Positions 15,817 through 28,711 of a stretch of 64,000 nucleotides of DNA are shown here, one piece after another (position 1 is the stretch's first letter; each line of letters begins with the position of its first letter). The translations under genes were made by a program, and so were the position numbers. The stretch is from the NCBI GenBank assembly GCA_964016885.1, contig OZ024745.1, positions 124,496,001-124,560,000 on the forward strand, in the 5' to 3' direction. Under the pieces are notes generated by a model. That model was not told where the DNA came from. It made no database searches and saw only the letters and a program-made list of their open reading frames with translations. This DNA is from Eledone cirrhosa. Its lineage: Eukaryota.

Positions 15817-15856
15817 GTCCCTATATATTTCGGATTCACATCCATCAACTGGGGTT
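15817..15856 (-). ncRNA. Variant hammerhead-like motif in the PLE 3' region
   Basis: ccc-CAGTTGA-T-GGAT(GTGA)ATCC-GAAA-TATATA-ggg; correct geometry but two core substitutions and only a 3-bp stem I. Confidence 0.35.
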
Positions 15857-16220
15857 TTTTTTCTGGGGTGGGGGAAAAGGTTGTCTGTCGGACAATTCGG
15901 AACGCGTCTTTCGCTGTTTGTGATTTGAATATCTGAGGTATTCGGTCGGGGCGCGTGCGCGTGAAATGGGGTCGGTCGTACAGAAGTCAACGGCCGAATG
16001 AGGGAGTGGGATGGCGCTAGCTGTCAGTCCATTCTCTGCCTGCTTGTTAAATGTTACTGTGTGTGTGTGTGCGTGTGTAGTTGTCTTGTTCATCTGTATT
16101 GGCAGTGTAGTATGTTCGTATGGTGGAATGCTATTGTGTGTGTGTGTGCGTGTGTGTGTGTAGTTGTCTCGTTTGCGTGTGTGTGTGCGTGTGTTGTGTG
16201 TTGTTGCATCGCTTGTTAAC

Positions 16221-17459
16221 TTAAACCAGCCATTTCATTTCGCTTCTCTCTAAACGGTTGTTTAATTGCGGTTGTAGTCGTTTGATAAGAAGCCCTTCCT
16301 TAATACGTAACGTGCCGACGTTTCTTTCAGTCGCTAAAATTGTGACAATGGGCCTTCCGTCTTTGTTTCCGCATTTGTCTATGTGTTTCCGGAAAGACGA
16401 GGCCCTGGTTTTAATGTGTTCCTTGATCCTGATGTGCAAAGGTCGAATTGTGCTACCTATGTAGTATTGGTTTCACCTGTCACATTCTATCTTATACACG
16501 ACGTATGTGCGTAGGCAACAGTTAGCATGGCGTATCGGGCAGTCTCTGAGGGAGCATGCGTCAGTAGACTTTTCGGTTTTCCTGGAGAGGCATCTTCGCA
16601 GGGAGGGGCCCGAGTGGGCCAGGTGGATGTCGAGGCCCTCCCTCCGTATAGCCTTGCGGATAGCGTTGGTGGTTTTCTCGCCCAGGTGGGGTATTTTAAG
16701 GAAGCACTTGCCTTGGGTGCTTCTCTGTCTCTTGCGTCTGGTGTCTCCTATTCTGTCTGTGATCGAGGTAGGGTACCCGTTCGTCTCCAACACCTCGAGG
16801 AATCGCTTGGTATGAGTGACACTACTCGCGGGATCGCTGCATCTGTCTTTGATTCGCGCGATCTCGTTCGTGATGTATCCTCTTTTGGCACTGTTAGGGA
16901 GGGCGGACTTGTAGTGAACGAATAGGTCCCTGCAGGCTGCCTTTCTGTAGAAGTTGCAGTGGATCCCTCCTTGTTCCGTGATGTTGATTCGGAAGTCGAG
17001 GAGGGCAAGTGACCCGTCTTCGTTGGGGTGTTCAACACTGAAGTCAATGTTCTCGTCCGTGTTGTTGAACGTCTCATACATTCTGTTCGCCGTGTCTTGG
17101 GAAGATGTGAGGATGAGGATATCGTCCACGTATCTTGAGAAAAAGGCTACGGCGTTGGGGTGGCAGGCGTTGAGAGCCTTTCGTTCGAGGTTGTCCATGT
17201 AGGAGATCGCTAGTACACCTGATAGACTTGATCCCATGGGCAATCCCGAGGTTTGTTGGTAAATTTGGTCAAGGAATCCGAAGTAGGTGTTGTCGATGAC
17301 GATGGATAGGAGTTGGTGGATGTCGGTGGTGGTGAGCCCGAAGCAGTGTAGGTCGGTGGATTGGACGCGTTCCATCAGTATATTGACGGCCGGGAGAGCC
17401 GGGACTGAGGTGTAGAGAGCGACTACATCAAGGCTGAAGGCATATCTGTTATTTCTTTT
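16221..17459 (-). pseudogene. PLE reverse transcriptase plus GIY-YIG endonuclease, N-terminally truncated, one in-frame TGA at 16473-16475
   Basis: FSLDVVALYTSVP, GLPMGSSLSGVLA, RYVDDIL, LLDFRI, FYRK; Cys-rich linker; VVYKIECDR*NQYYIGSTIRPLHIRIKEH..KH..KEGLLIKRLQPQLN. Confidence 0.93.
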
Positions 17460-17652
17460 GGTAACTCTCTCTCTCTTGTGTTGTTATTATTATTTTTACC
17501 CTTTCACTCTTCCCTTCATTCTACACATCTCACACATCTTATACACACCACGCATCTCAACGTACACCCACTTACATATCTCTCTCTCTCCTACACCGGA
17601 CCCTGTTACCCGGAGATTTACCCATTTGCATTGTCGAGGCTTCCAAACGACT

Positions 17653-17716
<64 letters not shown>

Positions 17717-17725
17717 AAATTTTAT

Positions 17726-17821
<96 letters not shown>

Positions 17822-17950
17822 ATAAAATTTAAAATTTGGAGAATAACATAGTCAACAGTACAAAAAAGGGGATTTATTTGCAGTCTAACAATTGTTTCAC
17901 TGATAGAGTTGTCTAAAAAATTTCTGAACACTAAAGTTTCCGATGATCTA

Positions 17951-18170
17951 GTGAAGGCGTGTGGCTGAGTGGTTAGAGAAATGGATTCGCAATCGTGAGG
18001 TTGTGAGTTCGATTCCTGGACCAGGCGATGCGTTATGTCCTTGAGCAAGACACTTTATTTCACTTTGCTCCTTCTACCTGGAGTTGCGACCGATAGATAG
18101 TATTAGCAATTGGAAAGACCAACGGAAACATTGTTTCCTCGGTCCGATTTGACGAAAGTCGATCGTTCCT
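17951..18170 (+). mobile_element. CORE-like tRNA SINE
   Basis: Near-identical to 524-747. Confidence 0.85.
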
Positions 18171-18179
18171 TTATATATA

Positions 18180-18794
18180 TAGTAATAATAATAAATTTGA
18201 AGACTAAAATCCAAAGAGGGCTCGATAAGGATAAATATATATCAAATATATAAGAACCGTAGAGCAAATATTTATTAAAATAACAGATTAAAGTTTAAGC
18301 AAAGAATCGCTACTTTCACCCTTAACGGGATCTTCTGAAACTAACAAAGTCAATCTGTAAACGCAGAAGTGGATATTTCAAAAAACGTTGCAACCGGAGG
18401 AAGACAGGAAGACGATACTTCGGTTCGTGGAAACGTTCCCTGTCAAAGAACGGGAAATAACGAATATAATACATCATTAATAGGAGCGGTGAAAAACAAT
18501 TACGCGCAAAGACAGAACCACGTTTATGGTATAAAAGAGGTCGTAAACGTGGTTCTGTCTTTGCGCGTAATTGTTTTTCACCGCTCCTATTAATGATGTA
18601 TTATATTCGTTTCATCCCGTTCTTTGCCAGGGAACGTTTCCACGAACCGAAGTATCGTCTTCCTGTCTTCCTCCGGTTGCAACGTTTTTTGAAATATCCA
18701 CTTCTGCGTTTACAGATTGACTTTGTTAGTTTCAGAAGATCCCGTTAAGGGTGAAAGCAGCGATTCTTTGCTTAAACTTTAATCTCTTATTTTA

Positions 18795-18800
<6 letters not shown>
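18180..18800 (-). mobile_element. Fold-back insertion, family B (long form)
   Basis: ~255-bp near-perfect inverted arms 18270-18525/18543-18800 plus tail 18180-18269; (TA)n flanks. Confidence 0.85.
18728..18778 (+). ncRNA. Hammerhead motif with U4A core variant (copies at 5551-5601 -, 18292-18342 -, 41093-41143 +)
   Basis: Stem I AGTTT/AAACT, core CAGAAGA, stem II CCC(GTTAA)GGG, GAAA, stem III AGCAG..TTGCT, NUH = CUU. Confidence 0.6.
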
Positions 18801-18854
<54 letters not shown>

Positions 18855-19237
18855 TTAATTAATATATGCCCACTATCGAAAGGATGTCGTTCATTCAGTG
18901 TTACGGTGGCATGTGTTATATCATCGCTGGCACTGACAACCCAGAGCTAATGGACGGGTATTGGGTCGACGTAAAATTAGGTTAGTGTGTTAAAGTTGCC
19001 CCAGGCTGATGATACTTTGGTCATTCCACTTTGACTCTTAAAGCGATTATAAATCAAATAGTTGTCTTACATTTTGTTTTATGTATTTTTCCTATCAGTA
19101 TACGGCCATTAGTTTATTTCCAGACATAAGTCTTTAGTACATAATTATTTATCTAAGCTGTGGTGCAGAAGGAAGAGGAGATTTTAGTTAAACCGATTAA
19201 GTATGGCTGTGAGCGCGTGCGCCACCTACATCATAAT

Positions 19238-19414
19238 ATAATTGTTTCTAATATAGGCACAAGGCCAGCAATTTAAAGGGGAGGGAAAGTCGATTAAATC
19301 CAGTGCATTAGTGGTACTTTATTTTATAGACCCCGTAAGGATGAAAGGCAAAGCTAACCTCGGCTGGAATTGAACTCAGAACTTAAAGGGCCGCAACTCT
19401 ATGCTGCGAAGCAT
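19238..19414 (-). mobile_element. Meta-domain-like tRNA SINE (long-tail variant with GTCGATT(T)AA insert)
   Basis: Family motifs; ~10 bp ATAATATAAT flanking repeat. Confidence 0.85.
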
Positions 19415-20456
19415 ATAATATAATGGGTTTCCATCATCGTTTATGAGCAGACTTGAACATGGCCATGTAGCTGCATTATATCAACATACATACAAGTACT
19501 CATGAGAAATCGACCATCCCTATACGTTGACATCCCTACACACGCATATGCACACATATACACGTATACACAGTCCCGCACGTATAATGATTAAAGAATA
19601 AAGGAAAATAAGAAAGAAAGAAAGCTTTCGGACCATAAGTAAAGGCCAAGAGAGAACGTGTAATGCCAGGGGAACTGTTATACAAGGTCCTAACCTGTAA
19701 GATGGAAAGGTGATAGGTTACTACCATGGAATCGTAGTTTTTAGCAGATGCTAGAGAAGTTAACTAACAGAAATGGAGGAGCCCAGTACTTCATTTGTTA
19801 GATTAACTAGTGCTTCTACGCTTCAAAGTACTGGGGGTGGCGAAGGGATGTAATATGTGGGACGTGGCCACGTTGATGTGGGAGTGTGCGTGCAAGGTAG
19901 AAGTTACCGTAAGCAAATATTTTAAAGAAAGTTCTTGTTATTTTGTGACTGCACGTGTTAAAGAAATCGGAGCGTCTGTTGATTATATGGAGACCACCCG
20001 CTATAATCTCTACTGCTTCCGTTGTGCATAATTCACAAACACTCGCAAAAGATCTTCCCTTGTACGAGTGTGTAGTTCTAAACGTGGACCACGACAATAG
20101 ATTTCATATAAGTTCGGGTAGTTCTGTGCTCCCACACTTGTCGATTATAGCGAAGTAGCGATGGTTGTACTATCGGCTTTAAAACTAGTCGCTGTCGTTC
20201 CTATGTACCTATATGTTCTGTCACCAATAGTAATTTTACACTTACATACGATGTTTCTTCTGAGTCATAAGGCAGTGCACCGGTTTCTGTAGTTAAAGTT
20301 ACTGTGGTATGTATGGATTGTATCGGAATTCTGCCTATTGGGGCGCTTAAAATCTAGGTCCGAGTGTATTGACTTGTGTCTATTACTACATCTCTTATTA
20401 TTTTCCCCTAGGGCTGTTTTGCGCTAGGGTTTTCGTTGTGGAGTATGACAATACAG

Positions 20457-20522
<66 letters not shown>

Positions 20523-20573
20523 CCACCCCCACCCCCATACCCCCAGCCACACACACATACACACACACGCACG

Positions 20574-20701
<128 letters not shown>

Positions 20702-20726
20702 AAGAGATAGATAGATAGAGAGAGAG

Positions 20727-20784
<58 letters not shown>

Positions 20785-21680
20785 TGATAGTTAAAGTCAA
20801 AATGGATCATCGATAAGAAGACAAACAGTGAGAGACGATGGCAAACAAGGAATGGGTAATCTATTGTAATCCAAGTAAGAGGACAACATGAAAATAAGCT
20901 GACATATCCGATCATCAGGGACGTTCATTTGGTTTTTAGAAACAAAATCACCCGAAAGGACATTACACGGAGAGATTAAAGGGCCTTATAGTGGTTAGAA
21001 CGTTAGACTAAATACGACATACCAGGAAGAAAACAAATACCTGGTAAGACGCCCGACAACGCACGAAAGAAATGTATAGGTAAAATAAAGAATAAAAGTA
21101 TACGAAGATAATAATTTTGTTATTATAGTCGCTAAGCCAATTGAAATAGAAAATGAGAGAGAAGAATATTCCTGGTAGAAGATAAAACGGTCCCACTGTC
21201 GCAAAATTGGGAGAAACAGAGACATATAACCCACACAAAGGGCATTGTTAGAAGGTAGACATTTCCTAAAAAAATTTATAAAAGAGAAGAGAAAATATTT
21301 CCTTATTCGGCATCGATCAAAGCTGGGCAGCATTGGTGTTATCTCTCTCTTTATATATATATACAGGTAAGCATTAAGAGAAGGATTTTATCCAGGTATT
21401 TACGACCGTTTCATTGGTAAGTGCAACCTTATATTGCTATACTGCAAATAGCAGCCACTCAATTATAATTGTTGTTCACAGTCCAAATTTTCAAAATAGT
21501 GAGTAAGTTACTCTTGAAATAATTCTTAATATATATATACATATATATATACGTATATATATACGTATATATATACGTATATATAGCTTATATATACTCC
21601 AAAAACGTGTCGAGTGTTTTATATCATTTATAAAATATTTACTTGTTGTAACCCAACAATTTTAAATAAAACCTTTGCAT

Positions 21681-21768
<88 letters not shown>

Positions 21769-21963
21769 CTATATATCTATAATACACACACACACACACT
21801 TATATATATATATATATTTATGTATATAATGTTTCTGAATATACAGCATTTTTTCACATAGAAGCACCTTCCTCATATTCTCATCTCGTAGTAGTAGAGA
21901 TGTGTTCTTGAATGTTTTTATTGCTAAGAATGTATCTATTTACAATTATCCATCATTCTCGAA

Positions 21964-21965
21964 AT

Positions 21966-22040
<75 letters not shown>

Positions 22041-22058
22041 AACTACTACTACTACTAG
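21964..22058. repeat. (CTA)n trinucleotide microsatellite
   Basis: Direct reading. Confidence 0.97.
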
Positions 22059-22653
22059 CCTTTCTGCGCAAACCTACATGTGCGTATTGTTTTCTGTTTG
22101 CGTATATAGCATAAACATACATTTTCCTCATAATAATACGTTAGATAACATTTAGAGACTTAACCAATATAGCCAAACCAGGTCATAATTTTGATTTCAA
22201 TTTTGGTTTTTTAAACTAATTTCCTATAGAATTTTACGGTTCTCATTGTCTTTTTGGTCATGAGTTTTCATATAAAAATAAAATAACCTATTATTATTCT
22301 TGACATTTAGAAACATACTTCCTGCATCATTGTAATGTATACCTTGCTGATGTATACACATTACTTTCTCGGATTAACTTTCTATAAGTGGTGTTTGAGC
22401 GTAAGCGTATGTAAATGTATGGTGTAGGTGTGTGTTTGAAAAGAGCGATGGCAATATTAGTAAAAAAAAAGTCTTTTATGCTAAAAATTATATAATTTTA
22501 TGCGCCAACTGCAAATATATTGTTTAGTTTGCTTTTAATGTGTAGATCTTCGAATCATGAAATAATTCTCTATATTAAATTTTGTTTGTGTATTTTGATA
22601 ATGTTTTTATTGTCTTATAGTTATATTATTAGTTATATTATGAGATGTGCATA

Positions 22654-22866
22654 ATGGTTTCTGATTTAGGCAGGTGGCCAAATATTTGGGGGAAGGAGGA
22701 AGTCGATTAAATCGACCCCAGTGCGTTACTGCTATTTTATTTTATCAACCCCGTAAGGATGAAAAGCAATGCTAACCTCGGTGGGATTTAAACTCAGAAC
22801 GTAAAAGGATGTACTTATACCGCGAACCATGGTGTCCAACGCTCTACCGATACTACCAATCCACCA
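22654..22866 (-). mobile_element. Meta-domain-like tRNA SINE (long-tail variant)
   Basis: Family motifs; degenerate TSD TAYGAGAYGTGYATAAT. Confidence 0.85.
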
Positions 22867-23436
22867 TCCTACGAGACGTGTATAATAAGTAAAGCTTGTT
22901 TAGAAACAGTACTGCATTTTATTTCAATACACTTCATTTGATGTACTATTCCTTCAAGAACCGAAGACTTTGTCAGGAAAATATTCTTCGGTGCAAGTTC
23001 AGAAAAGAGCTCAAGTCCAGCAATTGTCTTCAAAGTAGATATTAAGTTGTATATTAAAACAACGGAGACATTTCTTTGTGAGCGATTGAACTTCTAAAAA
23101 TATCAGGAAAACAATAACTTACCGTATATCTATATACTATTAAAATTCTGTGATTGCTAGCTTGTTTGCTTGTCTGTAATGTAATACAGCCTAAAAGGCG
23201 CATAATGGGGAAATATGGAAGTTGGAGAAAGAAAGTTGCCCCTGAAATGAGAATACAAATGGAATAAAACAATTTCGCGTAAATCGGGGCATGGGTTCAC
23301 GAGATATGGGGTTTTCTGGGTACCTTCATAAACACAGAGAGAGAGAGAAGGACAGAGAGAAAGAGATAGTGGTTGTGAGAGAGTAGATTGAAAGTGAAAT
23401 AAAATATATAGAGAGGGAGTGGAGACAGAGAAGGTG

Positions 23437-23534
<98 letters not shown>

Positions 23535-23818
23535 GGTGTTGTTGCGTATATATATATGTGTGTGTGTGTATATATTTGTGTATATGACCAGTGTATATAG
23601 ATCTCAGACACCCCACATATATATATATACACACACATACATATATACACATATATATATATGAATACACACACACATTTATATATATGTACATACACAC
23701 ACGTATATATATAGACCCTCCAGTTTCATTTCACATTATATACATGTCTGTGTACATTTTAATTATTTAAAAATTATTTTTAAGCGAATATGATTTTTTA
23801 AAAATATTTTGAAATAAA

Positions 23819-23848
23819 CGTGACCCAACGGGTCACGGGTGGTCTAGT
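23819..23848 (+). mobile_element. Helitron-like terminus (hairpin plus CTAG/T)
   Basis: CGTGACCC-AAC-GGGTCACG hairpin followed 6 nt later by CTAG then T; other end not defined. Confidence 0.45.
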
Positions 23849-24327
23849 CTTAAATAAAGATTGCTACATAGGTCAATATTGTTACTGATATAGAAAATAG
23901 ATAAGATGATCGGTGCTATCTCAAAACATGGTCACACTGAGCAGTTTCCCGAGGGAGTAATGGGATTTGGCGTCCAATGTTAATCTAAATACGCTGTGCT
24001 TGTGTCGATAGGGACACCAGTGCAGTAGTTTTGTAGGGGCATATAATGGCGAGGATCTGGCGAGGATCACAACTAAACTGCAGTTTTATTATTCGTGTGC
24101 TGTATCTGTGCTAATGTGAAGTTAAAATACAATAGTAAAACAACTATTTCTACCTATGTAATAAAACTAACTAAATAAAATGAAGGAAATATGAATCAGC
24201 AACTCATCTTTTTGTCATTTACTAGTATAGAGAGAATGCACGATACCTGCTTGGTTATGACTGGATGTATTAGTACAAAGGTTTTAATTATTTAAGTCGT
24301 GAAAATATTCGAATATGAAATTATAAA

Positions 24328-24513
24328 ATAATTGTTTCTACTTTTGGGACAAGGCCAGCAATTAACCAGTGCATTACTGGTACTTTATTTTATCGACCCC
24401 GTAAGGATGAAAGGCAAAGTTAACCTCGGCGGGATTTGAACTCAGAATGGCAAGGACCGTAACTCTATGCGTCAAAGCATGGCGCCCGACCCTCTACCGA
24501 TACTGCCAATCCA
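24328..24513 (-). mobile_element. Meta-domain-like tRNA SINE
   Basis: Family motifs. Confidence 0.9.
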
Positions 24514-26300
24514 CAATCACCAATAATGCTGGTTCACCAACTTAATGAGAAATAACTGACTGGGACCGGTGAAGAAGCAAAAGAGTAATCAATATACGGA
24601 TCAGTTAATATTATATTTATTTCATTCAATGGTTGTTGTTTTAAACTTTGACATATTGGCGAAAGGATATTAACCTTTAATTGCTTCAATGGGATTAGAA
24701 ACAATAGAGCGGTATTAATGCCTTTCATGAAAGCAGTGTAAGTGAAGTGTAGTAACTACAGTTGGCATCTAATATTGGTGAGAGGTAAGGAGCCAAGCAC
24801 GTATTCTAATGGCTAGCTAGCATCAGAGTGACTGCACCAAAGATACCCGTCTATAATTTAGACGCTATAATGTAAACCGTCTGACGAATTACGTGTAGAA
24901 CCCAAGAACTCAGAATGATAATAGCCTGAAGAGGTACCACTGACGTGTCTTTTGACGCTAAAATAATTCCGCTATCCAGCATTCTAGACTGGTATTTCAT
25001 TTTATCGACACAAGAAAAATGAATAGCAAAGTGGTCTTGATTGGAATTTGAACTATATAAAGCAGAGTATCAGAACAAATACCTCAAAGCTTTTTGTCCT
25101 ACACCCTATCTAGTTTACCTATTCACCTTAAAATGCCTTATATTCTACAGATCAGGGTTGATGATATTTATTTCCACACACGAAGTAGTTTATATTGTTT
25201 TTGTGTTTATATATATTACCTTCTTTCTTTTTTAATCAAACGTTTTGTACTTGAAAATATCGTTATTCTTATTTCAATAGAAAATAGTAAAGTTATTCCT
25301 GTTTAACCTCACGTCAGCCATGATCGAGTTGAGCGAAGACAAAGAAAACACTGCAGCCATGATTCGTTATCGTTATTGATACCTCAGCTACAAATTTAAA
25401 TGTCTAACCCTTTAAAGTTAGATAGAGTGTCATTTGAAGTTATTTTGTAATTATTTCTCGATAAGTAGTAGCTTATATAACTTGCTGCAGAACACATCTT
25501 ACTGCTTTTAATGAATACTCTTCTAATTACTTTAAACATACATAATCCTGATATTTAAATACTTAGCCATCATGTCTATGCACCTAATTCATATTCTGAT
25601 AATTAAATGATTAAAGATATTCATCAAATATAACTTTAAAGTAAGATTTGCAAACTACATACAGAGTTTGGTATTGAAAATCAATTCAAACTTGTTTTCA
25701 TGAAATTTTGAAAGTCTTACAAAAGATTTATCCGCTCATGAAATATGGAAACTCGACATAAAGATACAAATCTCGGTAGACATTCAATTCATCACTCACA
25801 AGTGGTGTATGTAAATCTATATTCAATCAATCTTTACAAATCTATGGTAGCAAAGCTACTTACATTGATATGAAGTATTAGGATTTTCTAGAGAATTGTC
25901 ATCTATCTCCATATTTTACCTCACATATCGCCCCGTCCCATTATCTCTAACCTTTACGCATCTTAATTTAACTTTTGTCAAAAAGCTTTCATATATCATG
26001 TCTCACAAAGACTCAGTTTTGAGTGAATAATATTTCACCGCATTTGACATTATTCAGTACTTCTTTCGTTTCATTTCAGTTCTCATCAGTGATAATCTAT
26101 AATAATCAATTACACACTCACAGTAGCACACACACACACACATATATATATATTAATAATAGTAATAAATGGAAAATATCACTATAGCATCGTATTTATT
26201 TTATTATACATATTTCAAGGATATCAAAATTGGTATGCTTTCATCAGATAAAATACAATATTTAATGTATAAGATAGTGACATACCCAAAGTATAAACTT

Positions 26301-26348
<48 letters not shown>

Positions 26349-26926
26349 ATAGATAGATAAATAGATAGATAGATATATGTTTTTATTTGCCACAGGGGCG
26401 TACAAAAATGGGACATTACAAGACGTGACGGCGGAGTTTTACATAAAATCTTTAACAATAATAATGGATAATAATAAAATATATACAAAATAAAACAATC
26501 GAAATCCCCAATGGGGGGGGGGGGTACTGCGACGTTGTTTTACACCCCGTGGATAGAACAGCCCTTAACACCAGGAACATGTTTCGTAGGTGTTCCCGTC
26601 TTGACTCTGTTTGTCTTCCTCAACCTACAGATTCTCTGCCAGGGCATCCATGACTGTAGATTTTGTCTCGAACTGGTAGAGCTCGTCAGTAGTACTGCCA
26701 GGCCAGAGACCTCTGAAAGTTATCCATAGGCAGTGGACGGAAAGTCCTCCCGAACAAACTGGTTAGTTCGTCTTCCTCGATGCCTAGAGTTTCCCCGAGA
26801 ACGTCGTCGCACTTATCCTCCACTAATTCCCTATAGAATGTCGAAGTGGAGTCTCCGCTGATTGCCGTTTCCACTTGGTAGAGGGCTGTGAGCGCCTGAA
26901 GGCATCAGGGTGCCGATAGATAGATG

Positions 26927-27000
<74 letters not shown>
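26349..27000 (-). mobile_element. Internally deleted Tx1 LINE fragment flanked by (TATC)n on both sides
   Basis: ISGDSTSTFYRELV..CDDVLGETLG..FGRTF..MDNFQRSLAWQ matches the 59642-60488 ORF. Confidence 0.85.
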
Positions 27001-27002
<2 letters not shown>

Positions 27003-27004
27003 TG

Positions 27005-27190
27005 TGTATCCCGAGTTCAAACGGGTGTAACCACAGTAAGTAAGGTACTCAAAACATAGTAGAGTATATACAATATGTAATATAGAAATGACTTCTACAT
27101 AACTCGAACTGCTTCATTCGAAGGAAATCATCATTCGAATGAAACAGTTCTAGTCCTGTAGAAGCCATTTCTATATTAAATATTATATAT
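27005..27190 (-). mobile_element. Fold-back insertion with HHR 3' half
   Basis: Imperfect arms 27066-27122/27134-27190, GAAACAGTTCTAGTC next to the centre, ~60 nt tail. Confidence 0.6.
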
Positions 27191-27203
27191 ATATATATAA
27201 AAT

Positions 27204-27317
<114 letters not shown>

Positions 27318-27364
27318 AGACGGTAAACAGAAATAACAACCCATTCGGTACAGTATATGGAAGT

Positions 27365-27530
27365 AATATATTAGGTTAACGCTTTAAATAGCAAGAAGGG
27401 GGTCTTAACGTTTTGGACGCTAGTCCTTCATCAGAAGAAAGAATGAGAAATAATATAGAATGAAGGGACGAGCAGAGCGGAAGCGGAAACAATGTTTTTA
27501 GAGAAAAATAACAGGTCTATTGATGTTATT
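27365..27530 (-). mobile_element. HHR-bearing repeat, same family as 58733-58906; HHR at 27403-27438 has GAAA changed to AAAA
   Basis: Alignment by eye to 58733-58900. Confidence 0.7.
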
Positions 27531-27565
27531 CACACACACACACACATACATACGTACATATATAT

Positions 27566-27602
<37 letters not shown>

Positions 27603-27820
27603 CAATATTCTTTTACGGATCGATACGAAATTATAATGTTTGGAGGTATTTTATATTGTCCCAAACCGACCGCTTACTGACTTGCTCAATAATTACGGGA
27701 TTATCTGGAATTAGAGCATACTCATTTAGAAACGGTAGTGCAGAGATAGTACCCAAACTAAATATAGATTGAAAACATTACAATTATTTCTAACATATAT
27801 GTATATATGAATATATATAT

Positions 27821-27938
27821 AACGAAGCAAATGTGGTAAGGAAGCAAGTGGACCATAACGGACCAAAGTACTCAATACTTAGGGTAGTAGAGTGGGTAAT
27901 AGGAACAAGTAAGACCCCGACGGCTGAGCTCAAGCCGT
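27821..27938 (-). mobile_element. Family A long arm, truncated at an RTE tail
   Basis: Matches the reverse complement of 54020-54136. Confidence 0.75.
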
Positions 27939-27939
27939 A

Positions 27940-28128
27940 GGCTTAGTCTTAGTTCCTCCAGTCCCTTGTGGAACATTGGGCGACGAGCTTCCTCCACTTG
28001 ATCCTGTTACTGGCGGCCCTTCTAGTACCTCTCCAGGTAATTCCCATCTCTTGCAGGTCCTCCCTGAATGTGCTCCGCTACGTTTTTTGTGTTCTTTTCC
28101 GTTCTCTCCTGCCATCTTCTGCCATGGA
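27940..28128 (-). mobile_element. RTE-clade LINE extreme 3' end with short CTAAG repeat tail
   Basis: Frame reads GRRERKRTQKT*RSTFREDLQEMGITW..AASNRIKWRKLVAQCSTRDWRN*. Confidence 0.8.
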
Positions 28129-28152
28129 TATATATATATATATATATATATA

Positions 28153-28500
28153 AAAGAAAATTTCGCTCTACATGGCTGAATACAATAAATGTAATCTGAG
28201 TTTTTCGAATATTAATAATAACATTCGATTCATTTGCAATTATGCATTAATGCCTGCATTTATGTTTGCATACCAACACAAGAGCAAGAATGAAGTGTTC
28301 ATTCTACTGACATGGCTATACAATTGAGGCTTGTTTGCATAATTGCAAACGAATCGAATGTTATTATTAATATTCGAAAAGGTTTACTTTGCCTTTCATC
28401 CTTACGAGGTCAATAAAATAAAGTACCAGTAATGCACTGGGTAATTGCTGGCCTTGTGCCTAAAGTAGAAACAATTATTAATATTCGAAAAACTCCGATT
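28153..28500. mobile_element. Fold-back insertion interrupted by a 5'-truncated SINE
   Basis: Arms ~28202-28246/28336-28380; SINE 28381-28474 flanked by a 17-bp TSD TTATTAATATTCGAAAA; related sequence at 5130-5193. Confidence 0.7.
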
Positions 28501-28711
28501 ATCCACACACACATACTCATTAAAATCAAGTAATATACCGTACACCTTAAAATGGGAAGTGATAGCTAAGGCCCCTTCATATAGGCCACCTAACAAATTT
28601 TGTAACCTTTGCATCCTCGAGTCTTGAAATATTATTCACTTTAATCTTAGCCTGCTAAATAGGAAATCAGAAATCTTTCCCACGTGTCTCCACGTGTCCA
28701 CATTACCATAG
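28499..28711 (+). pseudogene. C-terminal fragment of a PLE GIY-YIG endonuclease (CxLC..LLNRKSE..CxH type)
   Basis: LSTHTYSLKSSNIPYTLKWEVIAKAPSYRPPNKFCNLCILES*NIIHFNLSLLNRKSEIFPTC(P)H; not in the ORF track. Confidence 0.75.

Noticed and set aside
19540-20180. Higher-GC block with short ORFs on both strands
   Set aside because: No recognisable motif; probably an old TE remnant
28625-28627. In-frame TGA in the second PLE endonuclease fragment as selenocysteine
   Set aside because: Not at a conserved Cys position and the copy has other lesions
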